In this document: piece by piece, positions 10,153 through 19,306 of the stretch
How the letters are laid out: the number at the start of each line of letters is the position of its first letter
Position numbering within the stretch: the stretch's first letter is position 1
Origin: a virus
Length of the DNA: 64,000 nt
Virus record (IMG/VR): IMGVR_UViG_3300025383_000010
Strand: one strand, 5' to 3'
Program-made: the position numbers and the translations under genes
The notes under the pieces: model-generated
What the model saw: the letters and a program-made list of their open reading frames with translations, nothing else
The model's database searches: none
Told to the model about the DNA's origin: nothing

Positions 10153-10404
10153 ATGGAACATCCATTTATCAATAAAGACGAATTACAAGAGAAGACACTG
10201 GAGCAACTTCAGGATACTATCTCTAGCTTAAATACCAAACTTACTTTTGCGTATCGTACCGGTAACGGTCCTCTCATCCATCAACTTCAAATGGCTATCG
10301 GGACATATAAGGCCCAACATGCAAAGAAGATGGATGAGATTTTCGAAAAGCAAAAACTAAACAACAGAATCAACATATCGTCCGACAATGAACACAAGAA
10401 TTGA
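10153..10404 (+). CDS. Hypothetical protein
   Basis: ORF in operon. Confidence 0.6.
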   Translation: MEHPFINKDELQEKTLEQLQDTISSLNTKLTFAYRTGNGPLIHQLQMAIGTYKAQHAKKMDEIFEKQKLNNRINISSDNEHKN

Positions 10405-10927
10405 AAAAGACTACTATTTCCAAACAGGAGTCCATTACCAAGATACATTTTGGATCAATTCCTATGCAATCACGTTATCAATGCTTGTTGAGCAATGTGA
10501 TAGCCCAGATGAACCTAGTATTGCTGTAGGCAGAGCTACACATTATATTAGAAATGTAATTCAAAACTCTATACTTGTTGACGAAAACGATCAAGAAAGT
10601 ATTGACAAATACGAAAATGCAGGCTTGAAAGTATGCAAACTTCCTGCTGAGCCACATGATGAAATCTTTGCTTCATTATTGCTTCTTAAACTAAACGCCA
10701 TAATGAGAGGTAGAGTCCAAGTCACTGATCTTATCCTAGGCTCAGAATTGAGCGAGGGTGTTAGATATAATATAGTCTCTGAAGTGGCAGAAAACTATTA
10801 TCCCGGATCATATTGGTGGAACAAATCCGACCTCAGCATCAGCGACGAAGAACCAAACAACGAATCCAATATTGTCAAGTTGTTTGACGATAACGAATGG
10901 ATCGCATTAGAGTTGGGTTGGAAATAA
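10388..10927 (+). CDS. Hypothetical protein
   Basis: 179 aa ORF overlapping the previous gene. Confidence 0.65.
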   Translation: MNTRIEKDYYFQTGVHYQDTFWINSYAITLSMLVEQCDSPDEPSIAVGRATHYIRNVIQNSILVDENDQESIDKYENAGLKVCKLPAEPHDEIFASLLLLKLNAIMRGRVQVTDLILGSELSEGVRYNIVSEVAENYYPGSYWWNKSDLSISDEEPNNESNIVKLFDDNEWIALELGWK

Positions 10928-10928
10928 C

Positions 10929-10957
10929 TTGACAACATCAAATTGCTGTGTTATAAT
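10929..10957 (+). promoter_or_regulatory. sigma70-type promoter TTGACA-17-TATAAT
   Basis: Perfect consensus; ATG at 10964, 6 nt after the -10. Confidence 0.8.
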
Positions 10958-10963
10958 AGCAAC

Positions 10964-11473
10964 ATGATCACAGACAAATATGGGCAGCAGATTTATTCTG
11001 AAAGAGACATCTGCAATATATATCTAACCAACCCTGACATTCGTTTGAAGAACGTATTGGTTTCTGATAAGGTAACCTTCAATAACAGCCTATATGTAGA
11101 AAACATTCCAGAACTCATTGAGTATATCGTTGACGATAGTATGACAGTTGAAGAATTTGACATGAAGTGTCAAGAAAACTTCTTTATCCCAGTTGAATAC
11201 GCTAAGTTTGATATTGCAAAGTTTGTACTGGATCAATGCCAAAGTGAAGCTGAACTTCAACGAGTAGGGGAAGAACTACTATTGTATCAAGAACGTGATA
11301 TGTTTCCGCTATTGCGGTACCTAAAGTATCTTGTTGATACTATGCGAGCCAACAACATTGTTTGGGGAGTAGGTAGAGGGTCAAGTGTTGCAAGTTTTGT
11401 GTTGTTTCTTATTGGCGTACACAAGATCAATTCATTGTACTACGACCTACCAGTAGACGAGTTTTTGAAATAA
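10964..11473 (+). CDS. Stand-alone fragment of DNA polymerase III alpha (DnaE-like)
   Basis: RVGEELLLY...YLVDTMR..NIVWGVGRGSSVASFVLFLIGVHKIN..Y.L...EFL matches the DnaE G.GRGS region. Confidence 0.8.
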   Translation: MITDKYGQQIYSERDICNIYLTNPDIRLKNVLVSDKVTFNNSLYVENIPELIEYIVDDSMTVEEFDMKCQENFFIPVEYAKFDIAKFVLDQCQSEAELQRVGEELLLYQERDMFPLLRYLKYLVDTMRANNIVWGVGRGSSVASFVLFLIGVHKINSLYYDLPVDEFLK

Positions 11474-11487
11474 CCCACGTTTTTGAG

Positions 11488-11495
11488 CATAAATA
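11488..11495 (+). promoter_or_regulatory. T4-type late promoter (CATAAATA)
   Basis: Motif followed by AAGGAG and ATG 11517. Confidence 0.65.
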
Positions 11496-11516
11496 TAAGA
11501 CAAAGGAGAAAAACTC

Positions 11517-11927
11517 ATGGTAACTCATCGTTCTGCCCTAGGAAGAAATATTGATATGGGCCAGATTGCTGCTAGGAACGAACATGTTCGTGCAGTAGGT
11601 AATATGAACGTAAACGCACGTGGCGACACTATCGACAGTCATGGTAAGGTAGTTGTACCTGTCACTAAGAAGGTCGGTGATGCATATCAGCGTACAGTAT
11701 CTAATCGTGCTGCAAACGTATTAAAGCCAAAGGACGCACCTGCTGATATTCAGCCACCCGTCGAAGAACTTCATCCAGAAGAAATGGAGTTTGAAGACGA
11801 TAATGAAGCAGCAGAAATTGAAGCATTGAAGGCAGCAGAAGCAGAAAAGATCGTGATCAAGCCTGCTAGCGAAGCACCAGACTTCGTGATGCCTGACGTA
11901 ACTACTACTACCACCAAGAAAAAGTAA
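11517..11927 (+). CDS. Hypothetical protein
   Basis: RBS AAGGAG; RAVGNMNVNARGD motif; acidic C-terminus. Confidence 0.7.
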   Translation: MVTHRSALGRNIDMGQIAARNEHVRAVGNMNVNARGDTIDSHGKVVVPVTKKVGDAYQRTVSNRAANVLKPKDAPADIQPPVEELHPEEMEFEDDNEAAEIEALKAAEAEKIVIKPASEAPDFVMPDVTTTTTKKK

Positions 11928-11929
11928 TC

Positions 11930-12298
11930 ATGGCAGAAAAACGCAATTTATCTACTACAAAGTTTAACGAGTTCCGAGCAATCGGAGATCACATCCTAGT
12001 TCATGGGATGGAATTTAGAGAGCGCATCAGTCGTGGTGGCATCATCATTATTGATGACGATATGAAAAGCGCAGGCATTCGTCCACGTTGGGCGCAGGTC
12101 TACGCATTAGGGCCTAAAGTAACAGCCGATATAGAAGTAGGCGATTATATTATGATAGCACACGGTCGCTGGTCACGTGGTCAGACTATTGAAGACGAAG
12201 ACGGCGAGAAAGTCATCCGCAAAGTAGATCCAAATGATATTTTGTTAGTAAGTAAAGAAAAAGTTAACGATTATACAATGACAGATAAAGAATACTAA
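11930..12298 (+). CDS. groES: GroES-like co-chaperonin
   Basis: RAIGDHILV...SRGGIII...AQVYALGP...IEVGDYI...DILLV. Confidence 0.75.
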   Translation: MAEKRNLSTTKFNEFRAIGDHILVHGMEFRERISRGGIIIIDDDMKSAGIRPRWAQVYALGPKVTADIEVGDYIMIAHGRWSRGQTIEDEDGEKVIRKVDPNDILLVSKEKVNDYTMTDKEY

Positions 12299-12302
12299 TA
12301 CG

Positions 12303-12360
12303 TTTGGGGAAGTGAGAAACATTTCTACGAGGCTCGTGAGGCGAGAATCACTTCCCCAAA
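12303..12360 (+). other. Intergenic structured element closed by a perfect 13-bp stem
   Basis: TTTGGGGAAGTGA (12303-12315) pairs with TCACTTCCCCAAA (12348-12360). Confidence 0.6.
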
Positions 12361-12364
12361 TATC

Positions 12365-12393
12365 TTGACTTTTCACACAACATCAAGTATTCT
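12365..12393 (+). promoter_or_regulatory. sigma70-type promoter TTGACT-17-TATTCT
   Basis: Near consensus; ATG 12400 is 6 nt downstream. Confidence 0.65.
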
Positions 12394-12399
12394 ATTACA

Positions 12400-12612
12400 A
12401 TGACAAACAAAACTCTCAAAGATTACGCACCATATATTGCTGCACTTGCAGCAGTAGGAGCAGCCGCAGCAGCAGCTACCATTGCATTCTCTAGAACTAG
12501 CAAGGCTCTAAAAGAATTGGCTAACCTCGATCTTGACTTTGGCAACGATGAGGCACTAAACTCACTATACAACATTCGTAAAGAAATGAGAGACCGACAT
12601 AATGAAAAATAA
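12400..12612 (+). CDS. Small membrane-anchored protein
   Basis: Ala-rich hydrophobic segment YIAALAAVGAAAAAATIAF. Confidence 0.6.
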   Translation: MTNKTLKDYAPYIAALAAVGAAAAAATIAFSRTSKALKELANLDLDFGNDEALNSLYNIRKEMRDRHNEK

Positions 12613-13531
12613 TCTCTGGGTAGAAAAGTATCGCCCGAATAAGGTATCTGATTATGTGTTCGTTGATGAAACTCAGCGTAAGCAGGTAAAGAGTTGGATT
12701 GCAGAAGGTACGATTCCGCATCTTCTTCTCAGCGGTGATCCGGGTACAGGCAAGACTACTCTCGCTAAGGTTCTCATTCATGAACTTGGCGTTGATGCAT
12801 TTGACGTTCTAGAGATTAACGCTAGCCGTGAGAACGGCATTGACAACATGCGCGAACGAATCAATGGCTTTGTGCAGACTATGCCATTTGGTAAGTTCAA
12901 GGTCGTTCTTCTTGACGAGGCTGACTATCTAACTCAGGCAGCACAAGCAGCATTGCGTAATGATATGGAAGCATATGCTGATACTTGTCGTTACATTCTA
13001 ACTTGTAACTATGAACACAAGATCATCCCGGCATTGCGCGAAAGTCGTTGCTATAAGTTTCATATCGCTAGACCCGACATGACTGACTTTACTGCCCGTG
13101 CTGCAACAGTTCTTCTTACTGAAAACGTTGATTTTGAGCTTGATGATCTTGACACTTATGTTCGCGGATCATACCCCGATCTTCGTAAGTGTTTGAATCA
13201 ACTACAGCAGAATTCAACTACTGGAAAGCTCAACAAGCCGCAGTCAACTGGTAGTGGCGAAGATGAACTATTGATGGCTGCTGCTGAACTATTCAAGAAT
13301 GGTAAGATTCTTGAGGGCCGTCAACAGTTGATGCAGTATATTTCCTTGTACCCGACTCGCATTGAAGATACATATAGATGGATGTATGACAATCTTGATC
13401 TTTGGGGAACTGCACAAGAAAAGAAGGATGCAAACATTGTTATCATTCGCAATGGTCTTGCAAATCTTCCACTCGTTGGCATTCCTGAAATCAGTATGGC
13501 AGCTACGCTTTGTGAATTGACTACACTTTAA
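12602..13531 (+). CDS. Sliding-clamp loader AAA+ subunit (RFC/T4 gp44-like)
   Basis: WVEKYRP, GDPGTGKTT, LEINAS, VLLDEAD, ESRC, PDLRKCLN. Confidence 0.93.
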   Translation: MKNNLWVEKYRPNKVSDYVFVDETQRKQVKSWIAEGTIPHLLLSGDPGTGKTTLAKVLIHELGVDAFDVLEINASRENGIDNMRERINGFVQTMPFGKFKVVLLDEADYLTQAAQAALRNDMEAYADTCRYILTCNYEHKIIPALRESRCYKFHIARPDMTDFTARAATVLLTENVDFELDDLDTYVRGSYPDLRKCLNQLQQNSTTGKLNKPQSTGSGEDELLMAAAELFKNGKILEGRQQLMQYISLYPTRIEDTYRWMYDNLDLWGTAQEKKDANIVIIRNGLANLPLVGIPEISMAATLCELTTL

Positions 13532-13578
13532 CTGCTACTTTAGTGGAGTTGGCATAAATAACAATAAGGAGATTTGTT

Positions 13579-14271
13579 ATGTTATGTCATAGAGGATGTG
13601 GATTAGAAGCAACCTTCACTAATAAAGCTGGATTACTATGTTGTCATAAATCAGCCCCTAAGTGCCCTGTTGTTAAACAAAAAATAGGAACAAATAGTGG
13701 AGCAACACGAAAAGGTAAGTCTTATAATGAGTTGCATGGGGCTAACGCAGAAGCAATGCGTAAGAAACGCAGCGAGAAATTAACGGGCAGACCAGTTAAA
13801 GAAAGTAGTAGAACTAAGTCAAGTATAGCAAACAAAAAGCATCGGGAACTGAACCCAAGAGACCCTTGGAACAAAGGTAAAACTGGAGTTCAAGTACCTT
13901 GGAACAAAGGTAAAACCGGATACTCAATGCCCCCGAGACGAAAGATTTCGGAAGAAGATTATCAGGATTATCAAAGATACAAGAGAGCAGTATACACAGC
14001 ATCAAGGAAAACATATAATAGCAATGTTAATTTGCTGAATCCGAAAGGGTTGTTATTAGGACGATCAGGGACTCCTGATGCTCACCAAATAGATCACAAA
14101 GTTCCTATTTCAGTAGGATATCAGCTAAAGATTCCAGTTACTGTTATGTCAGTTGTGGAGAACCTGCAATTGCTGCCTTGGAAAGATAATCTTAATAAGT
14201 CTAATAAACATGACACTAATGAAGAAATATTGACTATACTGCTAGAACGCAGTAAATACATTGAGGATTGA
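13579..14271 (+). CDS. HNH homing endonuclease with PWNKGKTG (NUMOD-like) repeats
   Basis: QIDHKVP...NLQLLPWKDNLNKSNK; PWNKGKTG twice; own late promoter CATAAATA at 13553-13560. Confidence 0.8.
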   Translation: MLCHRGCGLEATFTNKAGLLCCHKSAPKCPVVKQKIGTNSGATRKGKSYNELHGANAEAMRKKRSEKLTGRPVKESSRTKSSIANKKHRELNPRDPWNKGKTGVQVPWNKGKTGYSMPPRRKISEEDYQDYQRYKRAVYTASRKTYNSNVNLLNPKGLLLGRSGTPDAHQIDHKVPISVGYQLKIPVTVMSVVENLQLLPWKDNLNKSNKHDTNEEILTILLERSKYIED

Positions 14272-14275
14272 TATT

Positions 14276-14500
14276 ATGAGTGTTCAAATAAAATATAGTT
14301 GGGGAGAAAGCCAACCGGAGCAGATTAGCATGTGTTCTGCGTATACTAGAAATATTTTAAAGATTACAGATGAGCAGGCAGCGGAATGGCGCCGAGAAAT
14401 CTTCGGAGTCCATACTGAAAGTGATTCCTTTGGGTTTACTATTATATACGATTCGCAGGATTGCTATGATAATTTCATGAAGATATGGGCACCGATATGA
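14276..14500 (+). CDS. Hypothetical protein
   Basis: GAGG RBS; coupled ORF. Confidence 0.5.
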   Translation: MSVQIKYSWGESQPEQISMCSAYTRNILKITDEQAAEWRREIFGVHTESDSFGFTIIYDSQDCYDNFMKIWAPI

Positions 14501-14808
14501 TCAATTTCTCATTCAACATCAATTGGCCTTGGTTTAAAAGTTTTGGCGACCAAACCGACTATATAGAAAAGACATGGAGTTTATCTAAGCACAAGTCATT
14601 AGAGATTCAGCTTAGTAAAGCAGGTAACACTCTTATTGGCGTCGCATTTGGATGTAACATGAGGTGTGACCATGCAGGAGTGATGCTTGATCTTAGCCTA
14701 TTCAGACATTTCTTAATCATTAATTTTTATGACAATAGGCATTGGAACTATGACAAGAATCGTTATATCAACTATGACGATCCAGAAGAAGTAAAGGAGT
14801 GGTCATGA
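14497..14808 (+). CDS. Hypothetical protein
   Basis: Coupled ORF (ATGA overlap). Confidence 0.6.
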   Translation: MINFSFNINWPWFKSFGDQTDYIEKTWSLSKHKSLEIQLSKAGNTLIGVAFGCNMRCDHAGVMLDLSLFRHFLIINFYDNRHWNYDKNRYINYDDPEEVKEWS

Positions 14809-15107
14809 GATATCTATTAATCAGTTTCTTGCGTAAGATGGGTGGACAGATTGACGAAATGGTGTCAGTCTCTAAGCGTGTCCGCACATCGGATATGAAT
14901 AGCTGCAATGTTATTCTTGACTTTGCCGACAAAAAGATTGTCAAGTCAGTCATTGAAGGCAAGCAGCATGACAGTGACTTTACCCTAATGCGTGACTATT
15001 ATGCAAGAGTCTACCCAAAGTTGATTGAACAGCTTGAAAAAGAAGCTGTAATCACTAAGGAACAGGAAAAATTAGCCGCTAAGATTGTTCCCGGCAAGAA
15101 GAAGTGA
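14805..15107 (+). CDS. Hypothetical protein
   Basis: AAGGAG RBS; ORF ends at the terminator. Confidence 0.65.
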   Translation: MRYLLISFLRKMGGQIDEMVSVSKRVRTSDMNSCNVILDFADKKIVKSVIEGKQHDSDFTLMRDYYARVYPKLIEQLEKEAVITKEQEKLAAKIVPGKKK

Positions 15108-15131
15108 TAAACGGGGCTTTCGCCCCGTTTA
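15108..15131. terminator. Probable bidirectional intrinsic terminator
   Basis: TAAACGGGGC-TTTC-GCCCCGTTTA between convergent genes. Confidence 0.75.
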
Positions 15132-15133
15132 CC

Positions 15134-15901
15134 TTATGAGTACATTTTTAAGACATGCTCAATAATTTCATGTCTTCTAATATCCTTAGTATCAAATTCG
15201 CATGTTTTCATGCCAGGGACATTGAACTTTTCAATTCGTGATTTCAAATCTAATAGTCCATTGTCGGGAGTTTTACGATCAGTCTGTTCTACGTCTCCAG
15301 TAATGACAATCTTACTGCCCTCACCAATTCTTGTCATTAGCATTTTCATCTGGCTAGGAGTAGCATTCTGAGCTTCATCTAGTATGATCCAACTGTGTTT
15401 AAAGTTACGACCACGGCAGAAAGCTAATGGAGTAACTTCAATTACTTGTTCTTCAACCATATATTCAAGTTCTTTGGTGGTATAGAACTCTCGTAGTACG
15501 TCAAATAGAGGTCTTACCCACGGTTCCATCTTTTGGTTTAGATCGCCAGGTAAGAATCCATGTTTCTCGTCATCGACGGCCACGGCTGGTCTGGTAAGTA
15601 GTATCTTTTCGCAGTCTCCTCTTCTCATAGCTTGAATTGCTGCAAGCATAGCTAGGTAAGTTTTACCCGTGCCAGCTGGGCCACTAACCACTACGATGTC
15701 TGTTTCAGGGTCAGTCAGTGCGACGATATATTTTTCCTGGTTCCTACTTTGGGGAATTAGCTCGACAGGTTTCTTGGCCTTTTTGGGTTGGGTTTGAGTA
15801 AAATCTATTGTCTTCGATTCATTCATGTAGAATGCCTTACTCTCGTTACGTCTTGAGTGTGTGTCTTTTTGTCTTAATGCGCTAGTTTTGCGTTTAGTCA
15901 C
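15134..15901 (-). CDS. phoH: PhoH-family ATPase
   Basis: GPAGTGKTYLA, LTRPAV, GFLPGDL..KM.PW, RGRNF, ILDEAQN, TRIGEGSK, GD.EQ.D. Confidence 0.95.
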   Translation of the reverse strand: MTKRKTSALRQKDTHSRRNESKAFYMNESKTIDFTQTQPKKAKKPVELIPQSRNQEKYIVALTDPETDIVVVSGPAGTGKTYLAMLAAIQAMRRGDCEKILLTRPAVAVDDEKHGFLPGDLNQKMEPWVRPLFDVLREFYTTKELEYMVEEQVIEVTPLAFCRGRNFKHSWIILDEAQNATPSQMKMLMTRIGEGSKIVITGDVEQTDRKTPDNGLLDLKSRIEKFNVPGMKTCEFDTKDIRRHEIIEHVLKMYS

Positions 15902-16068
15902 AAATATCTCCTAGATTTGATACTGTATGTGTGAGGGCGTTTGCTCTCATTCGTATTTAGGTTAGGCATTTGAGTAAAGTATGAGCATGTGGAAATTAGT
16001 TTCCTATGATAAATATATTGCTCGTTTCTGTAAGCACAAGCACGATTCCTACTTTCTGTTTCAGGAAA

Positions 16069-16076
16069 GATAAATA
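16069..16076 (+). promoter_or_regulatory. T4-type late promoter (GATAAATA), probably leaderless
   Basis: ATG 16082 lies 5 nt downstream with no SD. Confidence 0.6.
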
Positions 16077-16081
16077 CATTC

Positions 16082-16687
16082 ATGAGTACTTTGCCAGCAG
16101 ATAAGTTTTTTAACGATGTAGACTTCGTTAGCATTGTGGATACGATCAAGGGTATCTACATGAGTGATGGATCCATGTCTACTCTATTAGATTTTGAACG
16201 TGTCCTTGATGAAGCAGACTTGTATGCGTATAAGAACTGGATCGTAGGTGAGCTTGTACAAGGACCTACAGTTGGTAGATATAGCTGCAAGTGCATCTTT
16301 ATGTGGCCTTATAAGTTGATGCCTAATCCAAAGGGTGCATTACGTCTAATGAACATTGGATGCAAGGTTCGCTTTGGTAAAAGTGAGCTTGAAGTTCCAG
16401 TAGAAGTAAAAGACTACGAAGACTTTGTTCCTGGCACTAGATATCCAAAGATGCATAAGCGTAAAGTTTGGTTTGTTGAAATTGAGATTCCATTCGAACT
16501 TATGGATGACATCAAGGAAGGCTCTATCGACCTCGCTGACCAATCAATTGACTTGAGTGATATTCAAGATGCATATGACGAAGACCTTGATGAAGGCGGC
16601 GCGAGTCAAGAAGATCAGGGTCCTGAAACTATGCAGGATCAGAATCAGCCAGTAGCTCAAGCCGCAGATATGGGAGCACCGATGTAA
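16082..16687 (+). CDS. Hypothetical late protein
   Basis: 201 aa ORF, acidic tail. Confidence 0.75.
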   Translation: MSTLPADKFFNDVDFVSIVDTIKGIYMSDGSMSTLLDFERVLDEADLYAYKNWIVGELVQGPTVGRYSCKCIFMWPYKLMPNPKGALRLMNIGCKVRFGKSELEVPVEVKDYEDFVPGTRYPKMHKRKVWFVEIEIPFELMDDIKEGSIDLADQSIDLSDIQDAYDEDLDEGGASQEDQGPETMQDQNQPVAQAADMGAPM

Positions 16688-17232
16688 TGTCTATTCTCAC
16701 TGAAGGTCTTGATTACCTTGATATGGAAGGTCAAATTAAAGATTTGATGACCATTGATGAATATGCAGCTAAGATGGGAAGTGACTCGGATATTGTTACT
16801 TTAGCATTTACGGTAAACTCAAAGCTCGCTGCTAAGGATTTGGTAACTTGGCTTGAACGTGGCTATGACTGGGTATTAGATGCTAGTTTAAGTGATGGTG
16901 AAATTGAGCCAGGCAAGTGGATCGTATTCGTTGAATTGGATCGTCGCTCAAAGGTTCCAAATAGAATTATTACATTGTTGTCTGACTTAGAAACATTGAC
17001 TGGTATGAAGTTGAAAGACTGGTCAGTTGAGATTGATGGCGATGAATATGATGCAGATGAAGAAATCATTAGACAAAAGATGATTCTCAATCCAAACCAA
17101 TATGAAGAAAAAAGAGAAGGCAAAGAGGAAGAAATCAACGAGATGCGTACTCTTGCAGGTCTCGAAACTGAGTTAAAGTATAATCCCAACGACGATTATA
17201 TCAGAAACTTACAAGCAATGGCAGGACTATAA
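16687..17232 (+). CDS. Hypothetical protein, possibly head-associated
   Basis: Starts MSILTE; repeated MRTLAGL/LQAMAGL motifs at the C-terminus. Confidence 0.7.
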   Translation: MSILTEGLDYLDMEGQIKDLMTIDEYAAKMGSDSDIVTLAFTVNSKLAAKDLVTWLERGYDWVLDASLSDGEIEPGKWIVFVELDRRSKVPNRIITLLSDLETLTGMKLKDWSVEIDGDEYDADEEIIRQKMILNPNQYEEKREGKEEEINEMRTLAGLETELKYNPNDDYIRNLQAMAGL

Positions 17233-17233
17233 T

Positions 17234-17812
17234 ATGGCAAACATAGACGAAGATACTGATGCACATGAAGCAGTTAGCATTCCAGCATCATCAGCAATGG
17301 GCTTGGTTCTACCAAAGCCAAACGCAAGTGAAGAACTACAGCTTATCGCTAAGAATGATGAGCATGAAGATTCAATGAAACATGACGAGGGTTTTATGGC
17401 ACAGGTACACGAGAGAAACGAACAAGCTAATCAGCTTATGAATCTAAACAATGCTGCATTGACACAAGCCGGCACCAACGCAGCGCAGAATGCAGAAGTT
17501 CTTGTTAAGAATGACAATGAAGATTGGATTAACAAGAAGTGGCGTCCTGCAATGGGTTGGATGTACATGGCAGTATGTACTTTTGACTTCATTCTATTCC
17601 CTATTCTTTGGTCACTGTTGCAGGTAGTGCATGGTGGTAGCGTAACTACTCCTTGGCAGCCAATTACATTGCAGGGTGCTGGTCTATTCCACATCGCAAT
17701 GGGTGCAGTTCTTGGTATCGCTACTTATGGTCGTACTAAGGAAAAGATTGAAGGTGTCTCAAACAACAGCACTGATGTAGCTGCTGCTATTCCGGGACTA
17801 CCAGGAAAATAA
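17234..17812 (+). CDS. Holin-like membrane protein (3TM GTA-holin family)
   Basis: W..KKWRPAMGWMYM..C..DF..FP...GAVLGIATYGRTKEKI. Confidence 0.7.
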   Translation: MANIDEDTDAHEAVSIPASSAMGLVLPKPNASEELQLIAKNDEHEDSMKHDEGFMAQVHERNEQANQLMNLNNAALTQAGTNAAQNAEVLVKNDNEDWINKKWRPAMGWMYMAVCTFDFILFPILWSLLQVVHGGSVTTPWQPITLQGAGLFHIAMGAVLGIATYGRTKEKIEGVSNNSTDVAAAIPGLPGK

Positions 17813-17838
17813 TACTTGACTTTTGACACCTAATATGT

Positions 17839-17866
17839 TGCCCATCTAAGAATTCTTAGATGGGCA
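17839..17866. repeat. Perfect 28-bp palindrome overlapping the HNH stop codon
   Basis: TGCCCATCTAAGAATTCTTAGATGGGCA is its own reverse complement. Confidence 0.9.
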
Positions 17867-18370
17867 TTTTTCTCCGTGCCATCTTGTATAGTTAGATTTA
17901 CTCTTGCCTGTTTTACCGCAATGGGGGCAGACCCACATTTGCTGACTCGGTGCTCCAGGACCTACAAAAGGATGCGTTCCCGCATCTACACGACTTTTTT
18001 GAATTGCTCCTCCTAAAAAATGATGAGTGCCATTTTTTACTTTTTTGCGAGACGGGTTAGTTTCTCCCAAAAAATGATGAGTTCCGCAATCTATTCGGTG
18101 TTGATTCGATTTTTTAGACAGGTTTGATATTTCTGACGGTGTCAATTGCATCCGGGCTGACATCCGATGACATGCTGCCCAGTCACCTTGTGAATAATGA
18201 ATGTCATAATGCTCTTGGATAGTCACACATTGTAAATTTGATGGATCATTGTTGTGGTGATTACCGTCGATGTGATGTATTTCATATGAGCGGCCATTTG
18301 CGTCTTTGGGGATTGGTCCAAAATGCTGCTCATATATCTTACGATGGCCAATAGGTGAATAAATAGTCAT
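17846..18370 (-). CDS. HNH homing endonuclease
   Basis: YEIHHIDGNHHNNDPSNLQCVTIQEHYDIH; GTHHF repeats; C-terminal CPHCGK..NYTRWHGEKC. Confidence 0.88.
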   Translation of the reverse strand: MTIYSPIGHRKIYEQHFGPIPKDANGRSYEIHHIDGNHHNNDPSNLQCVTIQEHYDIHYSQGDWAACHRMSARMQLTPSEISNLSKKSNQHRIDCGTHHFLGETNPSRKKVKNGTHHFLGGAIQKSRVDAGTHPFVGPGAPSQQMWVCPHCGKTGKSKSNYTRWHGEKCPSKNS

Positions 18371-18439
18371 TGCTGATGCTCCTTTCTAGCATTAGAGTAG
18401 TTGGGGATTGCCGTCCCGCGAACTACATCTTTATTTATC
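18371..18439 (-). promoter_or_regulatory. Late promoter and double-hairpin leader sequestering the HNH RBS
   Basis: Minus strand: GATAAATA, then GTAGTT..GGGA-CGGCAA-TCCC..AACTAC, then ATGCT-AGAAAGG-AGCAT covering AAGGAG. Confidence 0.6.
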
Positions 18440-18446
18440 TTTTTGG

Positions 18447-18475
18447 TTGACAATGCGACGATAACATGATAATAT
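18447..18475 (+). promoter_or_regulatory. sigma70-type promoter TTGACA-17-TAATAT
   Basis: ATG 18483 is 7 nt downstream, no SD. Confidence 0.6.
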
Positions 18476-18482
18476 ATACTAT

Positions 18483-19295
18483 ATGACTAATTATTACGAT
18501 ACATTGGGTGTTCCACGTGACGCCTCCCAGGAAGAAATCAAAAAGGCATATCGTAAACTAGCGATGCAATATCACCCGGACAAAGGCGGTGATATCAACA
18601 AGTTCCAAGAAATCAGTAATGCCTATGAAACATTAAGCGATCCTGATAAGCGGTTTCAGTACGATAACCCATCCGCAAGACAGCAGCATAATCCATTCGG
18701 TGATCATCCCGGCGGATTCAGTTTCAACATGAATGGCTTTGACTTGAACGATTTATTCGGTCAGGCATTTGGACATCGTAATCCATTTCAACAACAGCAA
18801 CCGCAAAAGCCAAGCTATCGCACACGGGTAACTGTATCACTGGTCGATGTGTTCAATGGCGCTGATCAAGTATTGCAGTTGGGCACTCCTCAAGGAACCA
18901 AAGTAATTAACATTACGATTCCTAAAGGTATTCATACTGGTAGCAGCATTCGCTATGATAATATCATAGATGACGGTCACTTAATCATTGAGTTTTTGAT
19001 TCTACCTGATCTACGTTTTGATAGACAGGGTGATGATTTATATTCGAACTTCCCAATCTCTGTGCTAGACCTTATTGTTGGTACCAAGGTAAACTTTAAT
19101 ACCATTGATGGTAAGACATTAGAGGTTGATATCGCACCAAATACACAGCCTACTCAGCAAGTTAAAATTGCGGGTTATGGCATGACTCGCTCAAATGGAA
19201 CAAGAGGTAACCAAATACTATTGCTAAAACCTTATATCCCTGCTAATATTAACACTGAAGTACTTGAAGCCATTAAGCGTAACCAAACTAAGTAA
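18483..19295 (+). CDS. dnaJ: DnaJ/CbpA-type co-chaperone without zinc finger
   Basis: J-domain YYDTLGV...[16 protein letters not shown]; G/F-rich linker; C-terminal substrate-binding domain. Confidence 0.92.
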   Translation: MTNYYDTLGVPRDASQEEIKKAYRKLAMQYHPDKGGDINKFQEISNAYETLSDPDKRFQYDNPSARQQHNPFGDHPGGFSFNMNGFDLNDLFGQAFGHRNPFQQQQPQKPSYRTRVTVSLVDVFNGADQVLQLGTPQGTKVINITIPKGIHTGSSIRYDNIIDDGHLIIEFLILPDLRFDRQGDDLYSNFPISVLDLIVGTKVNFNTIDGKTLEVDIAPNTQPTQQVKIAGYGMTRSNGTRGNQILLLKPYIPANINTEVLEAIKRNQTK

Positions 19296-19306
19296 AGGAA
19301 AATAAC

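Noticed and set aside
12303-12360. Possible tRNA
   Set aside because: Only 58 nt; no T-loop GTTCGA, D-loop or CCA end
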